Positions 12,264 to 25,402 of a DNA stretch of 64,000 bases are shown piece by piece. The translations under genes were made by a program, and so were the position numbers. Source of the DNA: Protoeuglena noctilucae (lineage: Eukaryota); NCBI GenBank assembly GCA_958009085.1, contig OY253673.1:1116001-1180000 (forward strand), written 5' to 3'. The notes beneath the pieces are model-generated. The model did no database searches. It worked only from the letters and a program-made list of their open reading frames with translations, and was not told the origin of the DNA. The stretch's first letter is position 1. The number at the start of each line of letters is the position of its first letter.

Positions 12264-12559
12264 TCGGTGCAGGGCATACAAAGTGTGTATGTTGCACGTG
12301 GGGATGCCCTGCTAGGGTCTGTTTAATCCTGTTGTGCTGTCACGGGATGCGCTGCTCGTCGCTTGAATTGCAACATAGCGGGCGGCATGCGTCTGAAGGT
12401 CACGGCGGAGGGGTTCATCGCCCAGGCTGAGGCGCTCCGACGGGGCCTCCCCGCGAACAGGTACGTTGGATTGCAAAATTTTGATCAGCGTGTCCTCCAG
12501 ACGCATCGCCGGTCCTGGGACGCATAATTCTCACTTCGCAGACCAGTCCTCGTTGTCGT

Positions 12560-14017
12560 GAGTGGTCGCGTCATTTCGACAAACGAAAAAGCCCGAGAAC
12601 TGGACCTGCCTCTCGTGGGTCACAATGTGGATGCATCCGCGATTCCCGATGGTGACGGCCGTGCGTACAGGCGTCATTTGCCAGCCATTGCAAGTGCTGC
12701 GGCTCATCGTGCCCACCGCGGCCCCAGGTGTCGAATGCCTTGAACTGGGAGCATCCACGGAGGGCCATGATGACGATGGGAACCGTCGCTTGCTCGGATA
12801 CGCCCGCAATCTCGCCTGCCGGGCTGCGCAACTCCTCGGGTCCCTTCCCCTCGTCACCGCCGTTCAATCTCCTGAGCCCGGCCTGTGGCTGGTTTGGGTC
12901 TCTGTGGACGCCTTCACAGGCGGTGCCGAGGACGCCGTGGACGCTGTGAACGCGGCCCGGCAGGTGGCAAGGGCCGCCGAGCGGTCCCTCCATGCTCAGC
13001 TCGGCCTTGCTGTGACAGCTCAGCTGAGCGGCAGCGACCCGGAGCCAGTGCAGGTGGGATGCCTGTGCGAGCCAGCGGGGCGCCACGACCCTTTAGGAGT
13101 GGCGTTGCCAACAGCGAAGCATCGGGACGCATCCTTGCAGAGGGAAGCGTCGTTGGCCTCGGCAGAGTGGCGGTGGGAGAGGACTACGCCGGGCGATGAG
13201 GAGGGCGAGGCAAGGCAAGATGCCCCCAGCACGTGTCCCGACGTGGGCACAGAGTTTGGGAGAGGTGTGGTGGTGGAAGCAGCCAGGTGACGCGCTCGCA
13301 GCGACGATGAGTCCCATGGCTGCTCCACTCTGTCTTGGTCTACTCGCAACCATGCAACTGGACATGCGTCATGCACGCAGGGAGGTTGTGACCCGCCACC
13401 TGTGCCACTATCTCCACGACGAGTGCAATACCGTGCAAGTGACGGTGCGGGTTCAGGTCGCATGGGACCCAGGGGGCTCGGGCACGCTGTCGACCAGCTC
13501 TGCACAAGCGGCGTGGATGCCGCGCCCGGGACCCGCCTCGGGTCCTGTGCCTGGCCCATCCGTGGCGCAGGCAGCTCTGGACAAGCGCTGCCGAGGTGCC
13601 ACAGAGACTGCACTCAAGTCTGCCGTGGTCCTGGTGGCGTCCCTGACTCGGCAGACACTCGGAAAGGTCCCTCCGGGTTCCCATGCGCGTCTCCTGCGTG
13701 TGTCCTTGCATGAGGTGGACTCGGATTTGCAAGAAGAAGGGCCAGCACCACACAATGCAAGGAGCTCGGAACGCCGGCCCCTGCACCGGGTGGCGCCTGT
13801 GCGGGGCGCCGTGGCCGAGCGGGCCCACCGGGTCCGCATGCGGAGGGCCGGTCACGTCGCGGTGCCCATCTCTGCGGAGGGGGTCTCGCCTGTTGACATC
13901 CTGCGGGCCCTTGAGGCCGTGGGGCGCGGGGACCTGTCCGAGAGCGACGTGAGACGGGCGGTCCTGGCGAGGCTGCGGGTGCTGGGCCGGCAGCCCGAGT
14001 TCCTGGGTAGCAGCTAG
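12560..14017 (+). CDS. Hypothetical protein (5' end uncertain)
   Basis: Two long ORFs (12562-13290 and 13097-14017) can be joined in frame by a 43-nt GT-AG intron at 13054-13096. No family recognised. Confidence 0.4.
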
Positions 14018-14305
14018 CGGGGTGCCATCCTTGCATGCAGCCAGGTTTCTGGACCTGGCGTGTCGACTGTGGGTAGGGTTGGCAACCCCCGGTTGCGTGG
14101 GTAGCTACATGATTTTCTGGCCTGGCTTCCTCAGATTCACTTCCTCTCCATTCCTTAGCGATGCTTGAGCACAAAGCCTTCGTACCATTTCTTCCCCTCT
14201 TTGTTCCTTCTTTGCACCTAGCTCTACACCGCGGCTTTGTTGGCCACCAAGGAGCGGTGCCGACGGTTGAAGTAATCCTTCGGCTTGCTCCTTGACGCCC
14301 GCGCC

Positions 14306-16224
14306 ATGTTCCCGGCGGCCCACCCGGCCGCCATTGTGCGGGCGACCCAGAAGGACTTCATGCACATTCGGGAGCTCACAGGTGGGCGAGGCGGCGTGCA
14401 TTTGGAGCGTCGGCACCCCGCGTGTCTGTCCTGCGGGTCACAGCGGCCGCCGGTGCTCGCTTTGGGGACTACGGACGGGCCCGCGTCGGTCACGGCTCGT
14501 GTGGCCTTTCTTCGCGAACCATTGGCTCGCCCGGCCCACCCTCACAAATCTCGCTCCATCTTCTTTTAGTATCGGTGCTCTGACGGCTTCACGCCAGCTC
14601 GTACGTTTGGATTGGATTGTGCTAGGGCTTCCTTCTCTGAAAGTCCCCGGCGCATTGCCGGCGACGCAATTGGAGACGCCGAGATGACCGCAACGCATAC
14701 TTTACATGCAGACGTCATCCGGAAGGCGTGCGTCGCGACGATGGGACAGGCGTGGGCTTTCCGAAACGACCGTGAAATCGGCCTTGCTGCCGACGTCATC
14801 TACAGGTGCGCTGCGCCGCCTGGGGACGGGCACCCGTGCGCTTTTGCTTTCTTGCTTGTACGTAGTGGCTTATCCCGCTTTCACTTTCGCCGCTCGCGAG
14901 CCCCAGTCCGCGCCATTGGCGTCCAAAGCAGGGCGTCGCATCCTTTCTCCGCGCAGGGCGCTCACGACGGGCGCGGGCCTTCCGACGCTGGGAGAGGAGT
15001 TCACGGAGATCTTGCAGGCGACCCCGGGGCCGGACGGCACGGCCGCGTCCGTCTCCCCGATGGGCCGGGCCATGCTGGTCGCCCTGGAGGCGCTGGGCCC
15101 CTACTTGGCAGAGCGACTGGATGCCGCCGCGCGGGCGCAGTCGGATGGGGGAGGGTCGGGGAGCGAGGAGAGCCTGCACACGGCGCGGTCGGGCGCGCCG
15201 AGCGAGGTGGAGAGACCGTCGTCGCGAGCGTCGGACCCTGGCGATTCGGCGGACAGGTCGGGCGAGATCCACGCCGCGCCGACCGCGACTGCCAGGGACG
15301 CGGCAGGCGCCAGCGAGCCCGCGCCGTGGCCTGATAAATGGGCATCCCCCGGCGCCGCTGCGCTGTGGCTTCGGGACGTGGCTCGCGACGCAGCGCAGTG
15401 GGCCCTAGCGGCCCTCGAGCACCGTTACCGCGTCGCGTGGTCTCGGGCCGTCCCCGCCCTTCGCGCCGTGTGGGCGTACGTCCCGCACCTGCGCGCCCTC
15501 GCATCCCAGGCCCTCCGCGCCCACCTGGCCCTCTTCTACCTGCGTGGCGCCTACCTCAGCCTGGCCAAGCGCCTCACGCGCGTCCAGTACGTCTTCTTCG
15601 GACGCCTCCTTGACCAGCTGCCCTCTTACCAACTCCTGGGTGAGGTTGGGACACGAGTCAGTGCGGCAGTGCGGCGGCGATGCGTAGCTGGGCTCGTCAG
15701 CAAAACAACGTCGTTCGCCACTCGCGTGCCGCAGGGTGGGTCGTGTTGATGCAGGTGCTGCTGACCGCTGCCAACGCGGCGGTGGACCTGGCAGTGCGGA
15801 GCGGGGCGGCCGGGCCGGTCCACGCAGCGCGCGTGCGCAGGGAGGACGGGTCCCTGCACGCGCTGACTTCTGATCCGGCAAAACGGGCGGGGGATGCGGC
15901 AGAAGAAGCGCACGCCGACCAGGCCAAGTCCAAATGCCCTCTCTGCTTGGGCCCACGGGAGCACCCAACAGCCACGCCTTGCGGGTGAGATCCTTATCCG
16001 CGGCGCGACCCCTGCATTGCGTTCTTGCGTACGATTCTCTGTGACATTTGTCACAGGATCGCGGCCTGCTTCTTCATCATCTGCCTCGTGTGCCCTTTCC
16101 TGGCAGGCACGTGTTTTGCTGGACGTGCATTGCGCAGTGGGGCCAGCAGAAGGACGAATGCCCTCTGTGCCGTCAGGAGTTCAGGCTGCAGGACCTGGCC
16201 AGCGTGTACGCCCCAGCCGTGTAG
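14306..16224 (+). CDS. PEX10: Peroxin 10 (Pex2/Pex12 N-domain plus C3HC4 RING)
   Basis: MFPAAHPAAIVRATQKD, TLGEEF, HLALFYLRGAYLSLAKRLT, RING CPLC..TPCGHVFCWTCI..ECPLCR. Stop TAG at 16222-16224. Confidence 0.93.
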
Positions 16225-16308
16225 CAGCACGACGGTCGCCATGACTGCCACAGCCCTGACTGCACTGCCGAGACACGGTGCAGCCAAGGCAAAGGCAACG
16301 CGTTGAAC

Positions 16309-17238
16309 ATGCGCAAGAGTAACGACCCTTCGACAACCACAGCGACCATTCACTCGGGGCCCAGCACGACAGCCACAGCACGCGCCTCGGCTGGGCTGGG
16401 CCCCATCGCTACATGCCCTCGTCCTCCTCCGACGCCGGCTCTTGCAACTCTAAGAAATGCCCCCCGGGGATCTGCGGAGAGCCGGGTCTCGCAGGGGCTC
16501 TCGTGTTTCTGACCTCCGCACTGCAGAGGTCAGCACCGTGTGGGATGAAACCCTCACCTGGCACGCCTCGGTCCCCGTCATTCGAAGCGCCCTCACTTCG
16601 GAAGATATTGCTGCGAAGATTCTGCGCCTGCCAGATGCAGCCCCCGGGCCCTCGGCCATGGCTGCGGCAGGGAAGGGTTGCGTCGTCACACGATGCAGCA
16701 AAGCAAAGGTGGGGCAAGATACCGGGACACGCCATTTCTGACACCATCAATAGCAAGCTCATCCCCTCCCCCACCTCTTGCGACAGATGGCACTCGCCAC
16801 GGCCCCGGCTGCGCCGCTTCCATCGCAGCCCGGCGCACGCCCCCCGTCATGCTGGGCCCAGCGCCGCCCGAGCCCGCGAGCGTCTGCCAGGCGCGACCTG
16901 ACGAGACACCTGCCCCCGAGGATATGCGATCGGCGACGGCCCGTGCGCCCCACGCCGCCAATCGGCCAAGGGAGTGCCTGGGACGGGAGCAGTCAGCGGC
17001 GATCACTACGACGCGGCTTCAGCGCACCACACCGCCATCCGTGGCAATGCATCTTAGGATAACAATGCAAGGAGATTGGCGGGGCATTCGCTCAAGCCAT
17101 CGCGCGACAGCAGCGAGAGGAAAGGCAATGAGCCGCCGAACCGGCCTTCCCAGCTACCTGGCGGCCATGGCTCTCCGCTCTGGGGCGATGCACCCCGTCC
17201 ACGAGGTCACTGCAGCCTCTCAGCAGATCCCTGTGTAG
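16309..17238 (+). CDS. Possible hypothetical protein
   Basis: Open frames after AG acceptor-like sites (~16527, ~16788) ending at TAG 17236-17238. No recognisable motif. Confidence 0.2.
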
Positions 17239-17573
17239 CGTCACTCGCCACCGTGTTTGGGTGATGAGCGCACCCAGCAGCTCGGCGCGATCGCAGCCCC
17301 ACAGCCTACCCCTCGCCACACAGCCACCCTCTCCATCTAGAGGCGAGTGATTTGCCCAATGCGCTGTAAGTTGAGGCTGTCTGGCAGAGTCGGTGCCCGA
17401 ACCCTCCAGCTGCCGCGTTCACTCGCCCAGCGCGACGGCACTTCCCATCGAATGCGACAACGCCGGTGCCCAGACCCATCGGGAAGCTGCCCGGGCAGCG
17501 CCGCGAGGGAAAAAGTGTGGCCTTTTCCTCGAGCGTCGTTGTTTGGCTTATCGGGGGAGTGCCGTCGCGGTAA

Positions 17574-19113
17574 ATGACGTTCACGAACGCCGCAGTTGCA
17601 TCGGGAGGGCTGTGCGGCAATCCAAACTCGCGGGGGACGCTGTTGACCGTCAGGCCAGGCCCCAGCGCTCGAGAGGGCCCCCGGGTCGTGCCTGCGAGGC
17701 GCACTGCCTTCCTGGTGCCCAAGGCAACCTTTTGGAAGCGGATTTTTCAGTCGCCGGGGGACGAGGGGCAGGAAGCAGGCTCTCCAGGTGAGTGGTACTC
17801 GTGCGGCTGGCCCGAGCTTGCGTGGCCATCCCATGCCGATCGATGCGACGGTGTGGCACCTTTGGCGTACAAGGGTGTCATCGGCGCCGATCCCCGCAGC
17901 TGCAGATGGCGAGGAGCGCGTCACAGCGAAGAATGTCGCAGTCAATGGCATGTACAACGCCCTGAAAGCAGCCGCATGGAGCGTGGACGCCCTTGGCTCG
18001 TGAGTACTGCGGGTTTGGAGGAACAGATGCGTTTCGGAGGGGCACTGAACAATTCAGAGACTTGGTTCGCCGCCCCTCGGGTCGCAGGGTGGCCGTGAGC
18101 CAGGCCACGCAGGCGAAGGCCGAGTTCGACGAAGCGGACCGTCTCCGGCAGGAGCAGGAGCGACTGAACCGCGAGGCTTCGATGGCGGACCCGGTGGCGG
18201 ACAAGGCGTTCATGGCGATGCTGCAGCGTGCCACGCCGCGGCTCACAAGCGCCGTCACTTGGGAGGAGATTGAGTCGCGCTTCAGCCAAGAAGGTGAGAC
18301 TCTCAGGAAATGGGCCTCGGTTCCATTACATCACAGGTGCGATGTGTTGCTTCCCAACAGCGGGCATGCAGCAAGCGAGCGTCGCAACGTGCGTCGTGTG
18401 CAGGTGCCTTCCAGGCGGTGCCTGAAGGCCGTCGGGGGGTGCTGCTGCGGGCGTTCGTAGCAGCCCTGGCGGAATTCGAGGCGGAGCAGGCGGTGGTGGA
18501 GGCGAAGAAGTAAGCTCGCGGTCATTGGAATGAACAGTGAGGCATGGCAGGTTGCCGCATTCTTGATCACAAAGTGCTCCCCTCGCGCGCAGAGACTTAC
18601 TGGCGCAGCTGGAGCGCGTGGAGGGCGTCTCCCGCTTCAGCACATGGGAGGACGTGCGTGGGAAGGTGCGTCAACAGCTGCACCCTTGGTCCGTTCCAGT
18701 GATGGCCCTGCGCTGCTTAGCCAACCTGATCCTGACTTGGCAAACATCTCGTCGGCGATCGCATCGCAGGTCAAGCCGGACAAGTTGCTTCCTGCGGAGG
18801 AGGTGGAGCGTCTGTTTGTCGACTTTCGCAGCGGCCTCAAGCCACGCGACATCCAGGTGAGGGTGCCGCTGCCTCTGTCAAACTGGTCGACAGCCACGTG
18901 AGCAGCCATGCTAGCATCTACGTGCTGGGTTGCGGTCGTGTAGCCACGTGTTACCGCCCCTCGCTGTCATCGTTGGTGTGTGCTTGAGTGGCCCCTGTTG
19001 TGCCATGACTGCCCCCGCAGCCCCCCACTGGCGGCCCGGAGTTTTCCACCATTGATGGCGTCAGAGTCGCGATCAGAGAGACAGCGGATGGCGCCATTGT
19101 GTACAAGTTTTGA
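17574..19113 (+). CDS. Protein with two FF-like domains and a transit-peptide-like N-terminus
   Basis: In-frame spliced model: AFMAMLQRATPRLTSAVTWEEIESRF..RRGVLLRAF and LLAQLERVEGVSRFSTWEDVRGK..EEVERLFVDFR fit the FF pattern (F..L..W..F). Ends ..GAIVYKF* at 19111-19113. Confidence 0.65.
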
Positions 19114-19377
19114 GCCGCAGCGTGCTTCGCCTGACGCTGCGCCTTGCGCCATCTGCGCAGCACCGCCCCAAGCCCGGCGGTGCCCTCGTCGACCCTCCAG
19201 CGTTGAAGGACAGCCCTGGAGGCGACGCCATCCAAAGAGCACGTTCTCCCGAAGCACGAAGAGAGGCGGGACCCGTGGACGGGCCTGGCGTTAATGGCCG
19301 GGGGCCCGCTCTGCTTGGGGGCGGGGCAGCTGCCCCTTCGTTCTCGCAGCCTGCGCCAAGAACAGCCTCGCCCGCGA

Positions 19378-21197
19378 TGGAGGGGGTGCGGTCGCCCAGC
19401 CCTGAGAGGGTCGCCTTACCCGTGGCTTGCCGGTCTCCGTCGCACGCCTTGGATCCGTCCACCTACATGCTGCTGGAGCGTGCAGGGTCGACCTTCCTCG
19501 ATACGACTGAGCTGTGCTTCCTCACCCAAGAGGGGCTTCCGACGGAGGAAGATAGCAGCGACGCAGGTGCCGTGCCTGACGCGGGTGCACTGGCCGAGCC
19601 ACAATGGACGGGCCCGGGGGTGGCAACGCCGTGGGGTGCAAGTGCGGAGGATGGGGCTATTGAGCAGCCCGCGCGCTCTTCCCTGGATCTCTTTGAGAGT
19701 CTTCGGGAGGTCGCTGCCGATGCTAGGAGTCTCCCCAAGGTTGTGAGGTCCCTGGCAGCAGACGCTGGGTGGTCCTGGCCGGATGCCCTGGCTCAGGTGT
19801 TCCAGAACGACCCTGCGTTCCGGCCTTTCGTCGACAATGCGGGGATAGCGGCACCCTTAGCGGCAGACTCATTGGGGGTGGCTGAGGAGGCAACTGCAGA
19901 TGGGCCCAGTGGCGCTACGTCAGCCGCGGCAGTCACAGAAGGGTTTGCCGTGCTGCCCTTGCTGCCCAGGGTGGTGCCGTCTGTCGCGGACCCTGGGGCG
20001 CGATGGCAGGGCGCGGCTGATGCGGAGGGTCGCGTGGCAGGGCCTGGGCCCGTCAGTGATGGCGCCTGGTCCGCACACGCCGGTGGTGTGCTGGGGCATG
20101 CTGTGGAGCACGGGGATGGCGCTGAGGCTTCCAGCTATACCCTGCCGTGGGCTGCGGACGCAGCAGTGAGGCTGGTCACTCCCCCGCTGCCCAGAGTGGT
20201 GCGTGGCTCTTACACACCCCTGAGCCACGATGCGTCACCTGGGTATAACGCAGGGCTAGAGACTAGATATGCCATGCCCAGTGAGGTGCCCTTGCCACAC
20301 CAGGGCCACGAGGGTGCGGGGCTGGAGAGCCACCCTGATCCTGGTGCTCAATGGCAGGACGACGCAGTGGTTGCCCTCGTCAACGCCAGGTTTGGGGGGT
20401 CGCCGGTTGTTATCAGCAGCCGCGCTAGGCATGTGGCGCATTGGATGCAGGCGCCGCGCCCTGGGCAGTCGGCAATCGCGAGTGCCGCGTCTGTGACGGC
20501 GGGCAGCAATGGCGTTGCTCCGGGGCTATCACAGGGTGTGTTCACGCGCAGCAACAGTGGCGGTGTGTTTATTGGGACTCCCAGTGCCGCTGTGGTTAGA
20601 GAAACGGTGCAGACTGCTACAGGAGCCAACATGCCTGGCGCGGCATCCGCGTCCCCATGCGCCGTTCCTGAGCCACGCGCCAGGGGTGGTGCATCGCCAT
20701 TGCACCGCTCGGCGATGGGCGTCCCTTCACGCATCGGTAGCACACAGCCCGTCGCTGCGGTGGCCAGCGCCCGTGGGGCTGTGAGCGATGGGGCTTCGAG
20801 CGCCACTCCACATGCCCCTCCCACCGAGCTCATTCCAGAGGCGCCTGGCACTCGCAGCACCGTCAGCCTGTACATGCCCGACTGGGCAGACCGACACCTT
20901 CGCTTGGCCTGGGTGAGACTGTTCAAGATTGTGCCGGGGCCCTTCTCATGCATCGCGCAGCATGAGCCACTGACCACAGACAGCCGCCTGGGCATTGCCG
21001 GATCCGAGCACCACGCAGCGAGCGATAGCAGAGGCCCAGCGATGGAGAGGATCGGCGGTAGTAACCATCACCACCACCATGCAGGGAGCGATAGCAGGGG
21101 CCCGGCGATGGATGGCGGTAGGAGCCAGCTTGTCATCCAACCTTTGGTTGACTGGTTGTCCAACTGGGGCCGCGCGCCGATGCGGTCCCTGCCTTAG
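19378..21197 (+). CDS. Long uninterrupted Ala/Pro/Ser/Gly-rich hypothetical protein (~600 aa)
   Basis: Single stop-free frame 19110-21197 with first ATG at 19378. Low complexity, His tract near the end. Confidence 0.5.
21020..21121 (+). repeat. Imperfect direct repeat with 66-nt spacing (gagcgatagcag.ggccc.gcgatgga..ggcggtag) inside the ORF
   Basis: Encodes HHAASDSRGPAMERIGGS and HHAGSDSRGPAMDGGRS. Confidence 0.75.
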
Positions 21198-21342
21198 TTC
21201 TTTGACAGACTCGGCTTTCACGTTTCACACCTAGCCAACGTGCCTTCCGGCGTCACCCCCAGCAACGGCTCCCGCCTGCCCTTTGAACAGTCCCAGCATC
21301 GACCGCTTGCGTCGTCCCTCCTGGCGTCCATGGTCGCGTTCT

Positions 21343-21430
21343 GTCATCCCTCGTCGTCCCTCGTCATCCCTTGTCATCCCTCATCGCCCCGCATCACCCC
21401 TCATCCCCGATCGTCACCCCTCGTCGTCTC
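21343..21430. repeat. Degenerate ~10-bp tandem repeat (gtcatccctc-like) just 3' of the TL29 stop
   Basis: gtcatccctc gtcgtccctc gtcatccctt gtcatccctc atcgccccgc atcacccctc visible directly. Confidence 0.7.
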
Positions 21431-21431
21431 T

Positions 21432-22897
21432 TCACAGGCGGATGTCCCCGCTCGACTTGATGGGCACGCAGTACTTGGTCCGGTCGAACTTGGCCCCCAG
21501 GGACGCGATCTTGTTGAGTGTCTCAATGAAGTCCACCTCGTAGTTGGTCCTAGTCACGGTGTCCCGGCTCTGCACAAAGTCCTTGCGCAGCCCGCGGTAG
21601 AGCGAGTCCGCCTCCGCCAGCCGCTCCTCCTCCGCCTGGAAGCAGGGAGCAGTGCACTCAGCCGCATGGGCACAGACAGGGCTGATGCGCACGCCCGGTA
21701 TGGGCCACTGGCAGCCTGAGCGATACTGAGCATGACGGCAGCGCTTCAGCTCCCTCGTCGGCAGACAAGGGAGCTGCACTGGCCAGGCACTTCGCCCGGC
21801 CATGCACTGCGCCCAGTCACCTCTGGGTTCAGGGCCGCGGACGTCCAGGCGAGGAAGCCGTACTTGCCCCCGTAAGGCGCCTGGGGCTTGAAGGGGTTGC
21901 CGGCGTTGCCGAGGGTCGCGGCGGGGTCCTTGTTGTTGAGCTGGTTCAAGAACACCTTCACCTCCTCCACGGACGCCCCTGGCTGCGGGAGCTTGCCCGC
22001 CAGGCCTGGGGCGGCGCCGTCGATGCGGCCAATGGGGACGTCGAAGGCAGTCATGAAGCCAATCAGCGTGCTCGCCCGGCCCTGCGTGGAGGTCGACCAG
22101 GGTCACTACTCGGGGTGATGTGGCACACAGCTGTAAGCACCAACCTGGAAGGTTGCGACCCTGACCGAAACCACCCTTGAGCTCCCGGGCACGCGCCACT
22201 GCGTTGCCCCAACAGCACTCGCCTGGTCCCCGCCCGCGCGCTCGACGCGAAGCTCCCTCCACCCCTTGACCGCCGAGACCTTGGCAGCCAGGACGGCCAG
22301 ATCGGCCCAGCTGATGGGCCCACGCTCCCCCGCCTTCCCGTCGATCTCGGCCTTGGCCTCCGCCAGCCGCTTCACCAGCGGCTCAAGCATCTTGTTCTCG
22401 GGCCGCCCGAGCTCTTCTGGCAGCACCACCGACCCGTCCATGCCGCCCGTCTTGGTCGCGGCGTCGTAGGTCGCAGCGTCGTTGAACACGAGGCGGAAGC
22501 ACAGGCTGGCGTCCTCCTTTTCCACGTACCTGCGCAGGGCGGGTGAAGAGGTTAGGCAACCGCGGAGGAGCTCTTAGCAGGTGTAGGCAACATGAGTGCT
22601 GCTCGATCCAGATGTGCCGGCAGGGCCTCACTTGCTGATGATCCTCTCCGCCGACACACGGTACTCGTTCTGCTGGGCCTTGGCCTGGACGGGCGACAGG
22701 TTCTCGACGGGGATGTCACCGAGCTTGATTGTGATTGCATCGGCACGGGGAGGGAGCCACAGCGCGGAGGCCGCTGCCGTCCCCGCGAGCAGCAGCGCAT
22801 CACGGCGAGTCGGTACGGAGCAGGTGACGACGCTGCGTCCCCGGGCGGCCGCAGTGCGGCTCCCCGCAACCGCACGCGAGGCTGCGATGGTTGCCAT
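21432..22897 (-). CDS. TL29: Thylakoid lumen 29 kDa protein (APX4-like pseudo-peroxidase)
   Basis: Bipartite transit with Tat motif TRRDALLL..ADA. RLVFNDAATYD..TGGMDGSV..EELGRPEN (distal His replaced by N), GPISWADL, FVQSRDTVTRTNYEVDF. Confidence 0.88.
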
Positions 22898-23282
22898 CCC
22901 TGACCCAGATGCCTGCAAGGGCGGGGGGCTGGGGGGCGCGCGTCGGTGCACAGGCAGCACGCAAACCAAGCACTTAAACCATCGCGACTGTCGATGCCGG
23001 TGATGGGGCATGCAGGAAGCGGTTGGCGCGCAGTGCCAAGGATCCACCTGCACGTTGGGCCGTCGCGCGGCTGATCGTCGCGAGATACAGTTTGTACTGC
23101 AACCAGCGGTCATTGAGACGCTGACAATGGAAAACCTCAAAGCACGGGGTCGAAACCCTGCTGACAGGATCTATCCGCCCGAGCACTTTTCCCTGCGACG
23201 GCTCGACCGCCGCCCCAGCCGTCACCCGTCCTTCACCGCCACCTCTCATTCCATCGCGACTGCCAGAGTAGACCGCGGCATC

Positions 23283-24987
23283 ATGTCGTCGCTGGCCGCG
23301 GCGAGACCCTCCGTCCTGCGGGCGCAAGCGGCGTCCACCTCGCTGCGCGTTGGCCCCGTGCACGTCGTGCCGAAATGCCAGAGTGAGAGAGCGCATGGGC
23401 GCACGTGGCCCCGGCCTGGGCCAACGAGCCCTGCGTTGCAGCGGCACCGCGAACCTCCCCCCGCTCCTCGCAGCGCTCGTCAAGGCGCTGAACGTCTCTA
23501 CCTGCGGGCTCAGCTCGTCCGCCGCTATCGGTGTGGTCGGGGCCAGGAGGCGGCCCCTGGTGGCCCGCGCCACTGCGGATGGAGTCGACATGAGCTGGCG
23601 GAACAAGCCCGCCAACGAGATCCGCGTCCTGGTCGTGGGTTCCACGGGCTACATCGGGCGCACTGTCGTGAAGGCGAGAGCGGCGGCCAGATGCTCTCGT
23701 CACGCAGAGGACGGCAGCCGAAAGCAGGAGACCTTACCCACCCTCGCCCGCCGATGCCCCGCCGCCTCCTCGCAGGAGCTCGTGTCGCATGGCTTCGAGG
23801 TGACTGCCGTGGCTCGCAGCAAGTCGGGCGTCGGCGCGAAGAACAGCGAGGGCGACGTACTGCGCGACCTGCGTGGCGCCAAGGTGCTGTTCGGGAACGT
23901 GGCGGATGAGGACGAGCTCGACTTCGCGCTCCAAAACAAGCAGTTTGACGTTGTCGTCTCGTGCCTGGCGTCGCGGACGGGTGACTGGCGCTGTGGCTCT
24001 GGCTGCAGCCTTTGCATGCGTGTGCATGCGTGCGTGTTCAGTGGGCCTGACCATGCTTCGTCGCGCTCCGCAGGTGGCATCAAGGACTCATGGCTGATCG
24101 ACTACCGCGCGACGAGGAACGCGATGATGGTGGGGCAGGCCCACGGCGCCAAGCACTTCGTGCTGCTGTCGGCCATCTGCGTGCAAAAGCCCCTGCTCGA
24201 GTTCCAGAAAGCCAAGCTCAAGTTCGAGTCGGACCTGGTGGCCAATAAGGGCATGACCCACTCGATCGTCCGCCCCACGGCCTTCTTCAAGGTGCAGCTG
24301 GCTGCTATCCTGCTGTGTGCGGGGTCCCGGCCTGGCCAGCGAGCCATGCCGCGACAGGCTCGCCCACGCTGGCCCCTCCCCCGCAGTCGCTCGCGGGCCA
24401 GATCGAGGGCCTCAAGGGCGGTGCTCCGTACGTCATGTTCGGGGACGGCAACCTCGCGGCGTGCAAGCCCATCTCGGAGGCGGACCTCGCGGCCTTCATT
24501 GCCGACTGCGTCCTCGACCGGGACAACAACCTCACCAACAAGATCCTCCCCATCGGCGGCCCTGGCCCCGCGCTCACCGCCCGCGAGCAGGCAGACATGC
24601 TGTTCCAAATCACCGGCATGAAGCCCAAGGCGAGGCTCCGCGGCGGCGACCTCTTGCGCCGCGCGAGCACCTCATGACCTGCATCATATGCAACGCTCTC
24701 GCTCCCTGCAGTTCTTCCCCGTCCCCGTGGCCCTGATGGACGGCATCATCACCACCTTCGACGGGCTGTCCAAGGTCTTCCCGCAGCTGGAGGACTCCGC
24801 GGAGTTCGCCCGCATCGGCAAGTACTACGCGACCGAGTCCATGCTGGTGATGGACCCCGAGACGGGCAAGTACGACGCGGACGCCACGCCCGAGTACGGC
24901 CGCACGACGCTGCGCAAGTTCTTCGAGAGGGCCGTGCAGGAGGGTGGGCTCGAGGGGCAGGAGCTCGGCGACCAGGCCGTCTTCTAA
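23283..24987 (+). CDS. DVR: Divinyl (proto)chlorophyllide a 8-vinyl reductase (BciA/PCB2 type)
   Basis: [93 protein letters not shown]. Confidence 0.96.
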
Positions 24988-25402
24988 TCTGCTGAGGCCC
25001 GGCTGAGGGCGCACGTGCTGCACGACTGACCTACCCCAGATTAGCCACCCAATTGAAGGGCTCACACGTCTGCGGTCGCCGCACTCACCTCAGCAGCCGC
25101 GCTGACCTCCCCTGTGCTCCCGTGCCCCGGCATGCTGCGAGGTTGACCAGGCTGTGAGCGAGACGGTCGTGGCGGACCGATCGACCGTCTGCGAGCTCAG
25201 TAGCTCGTCACGTTCCGCTTTCAAGAGTCGGATATGAATGCACAGGGTGAGAGGAGAGGGCGAAGATGTCTGAATTGGCGCGGCGACTCGATCTACGCGT
25301 TATGGGCTCGCTGAGCCCATATGAGGGAGCTGGGGTGATGCGTTTCCGCTTAATCGTCAACGTAGTTGTTTAAACGACCGTCGTCCGTCTTTTTCGCAGA
25401 CC

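Noticed and set aside
13288..13290. Selenocysteine or readthrough at TGA
   Set aside because: The downstream coding-like sequence is in a different frame and no redox motif context is present.
22470..22500. Peroxidase lacking the distal His
   Set aside because: Known property of TL29/APX4.
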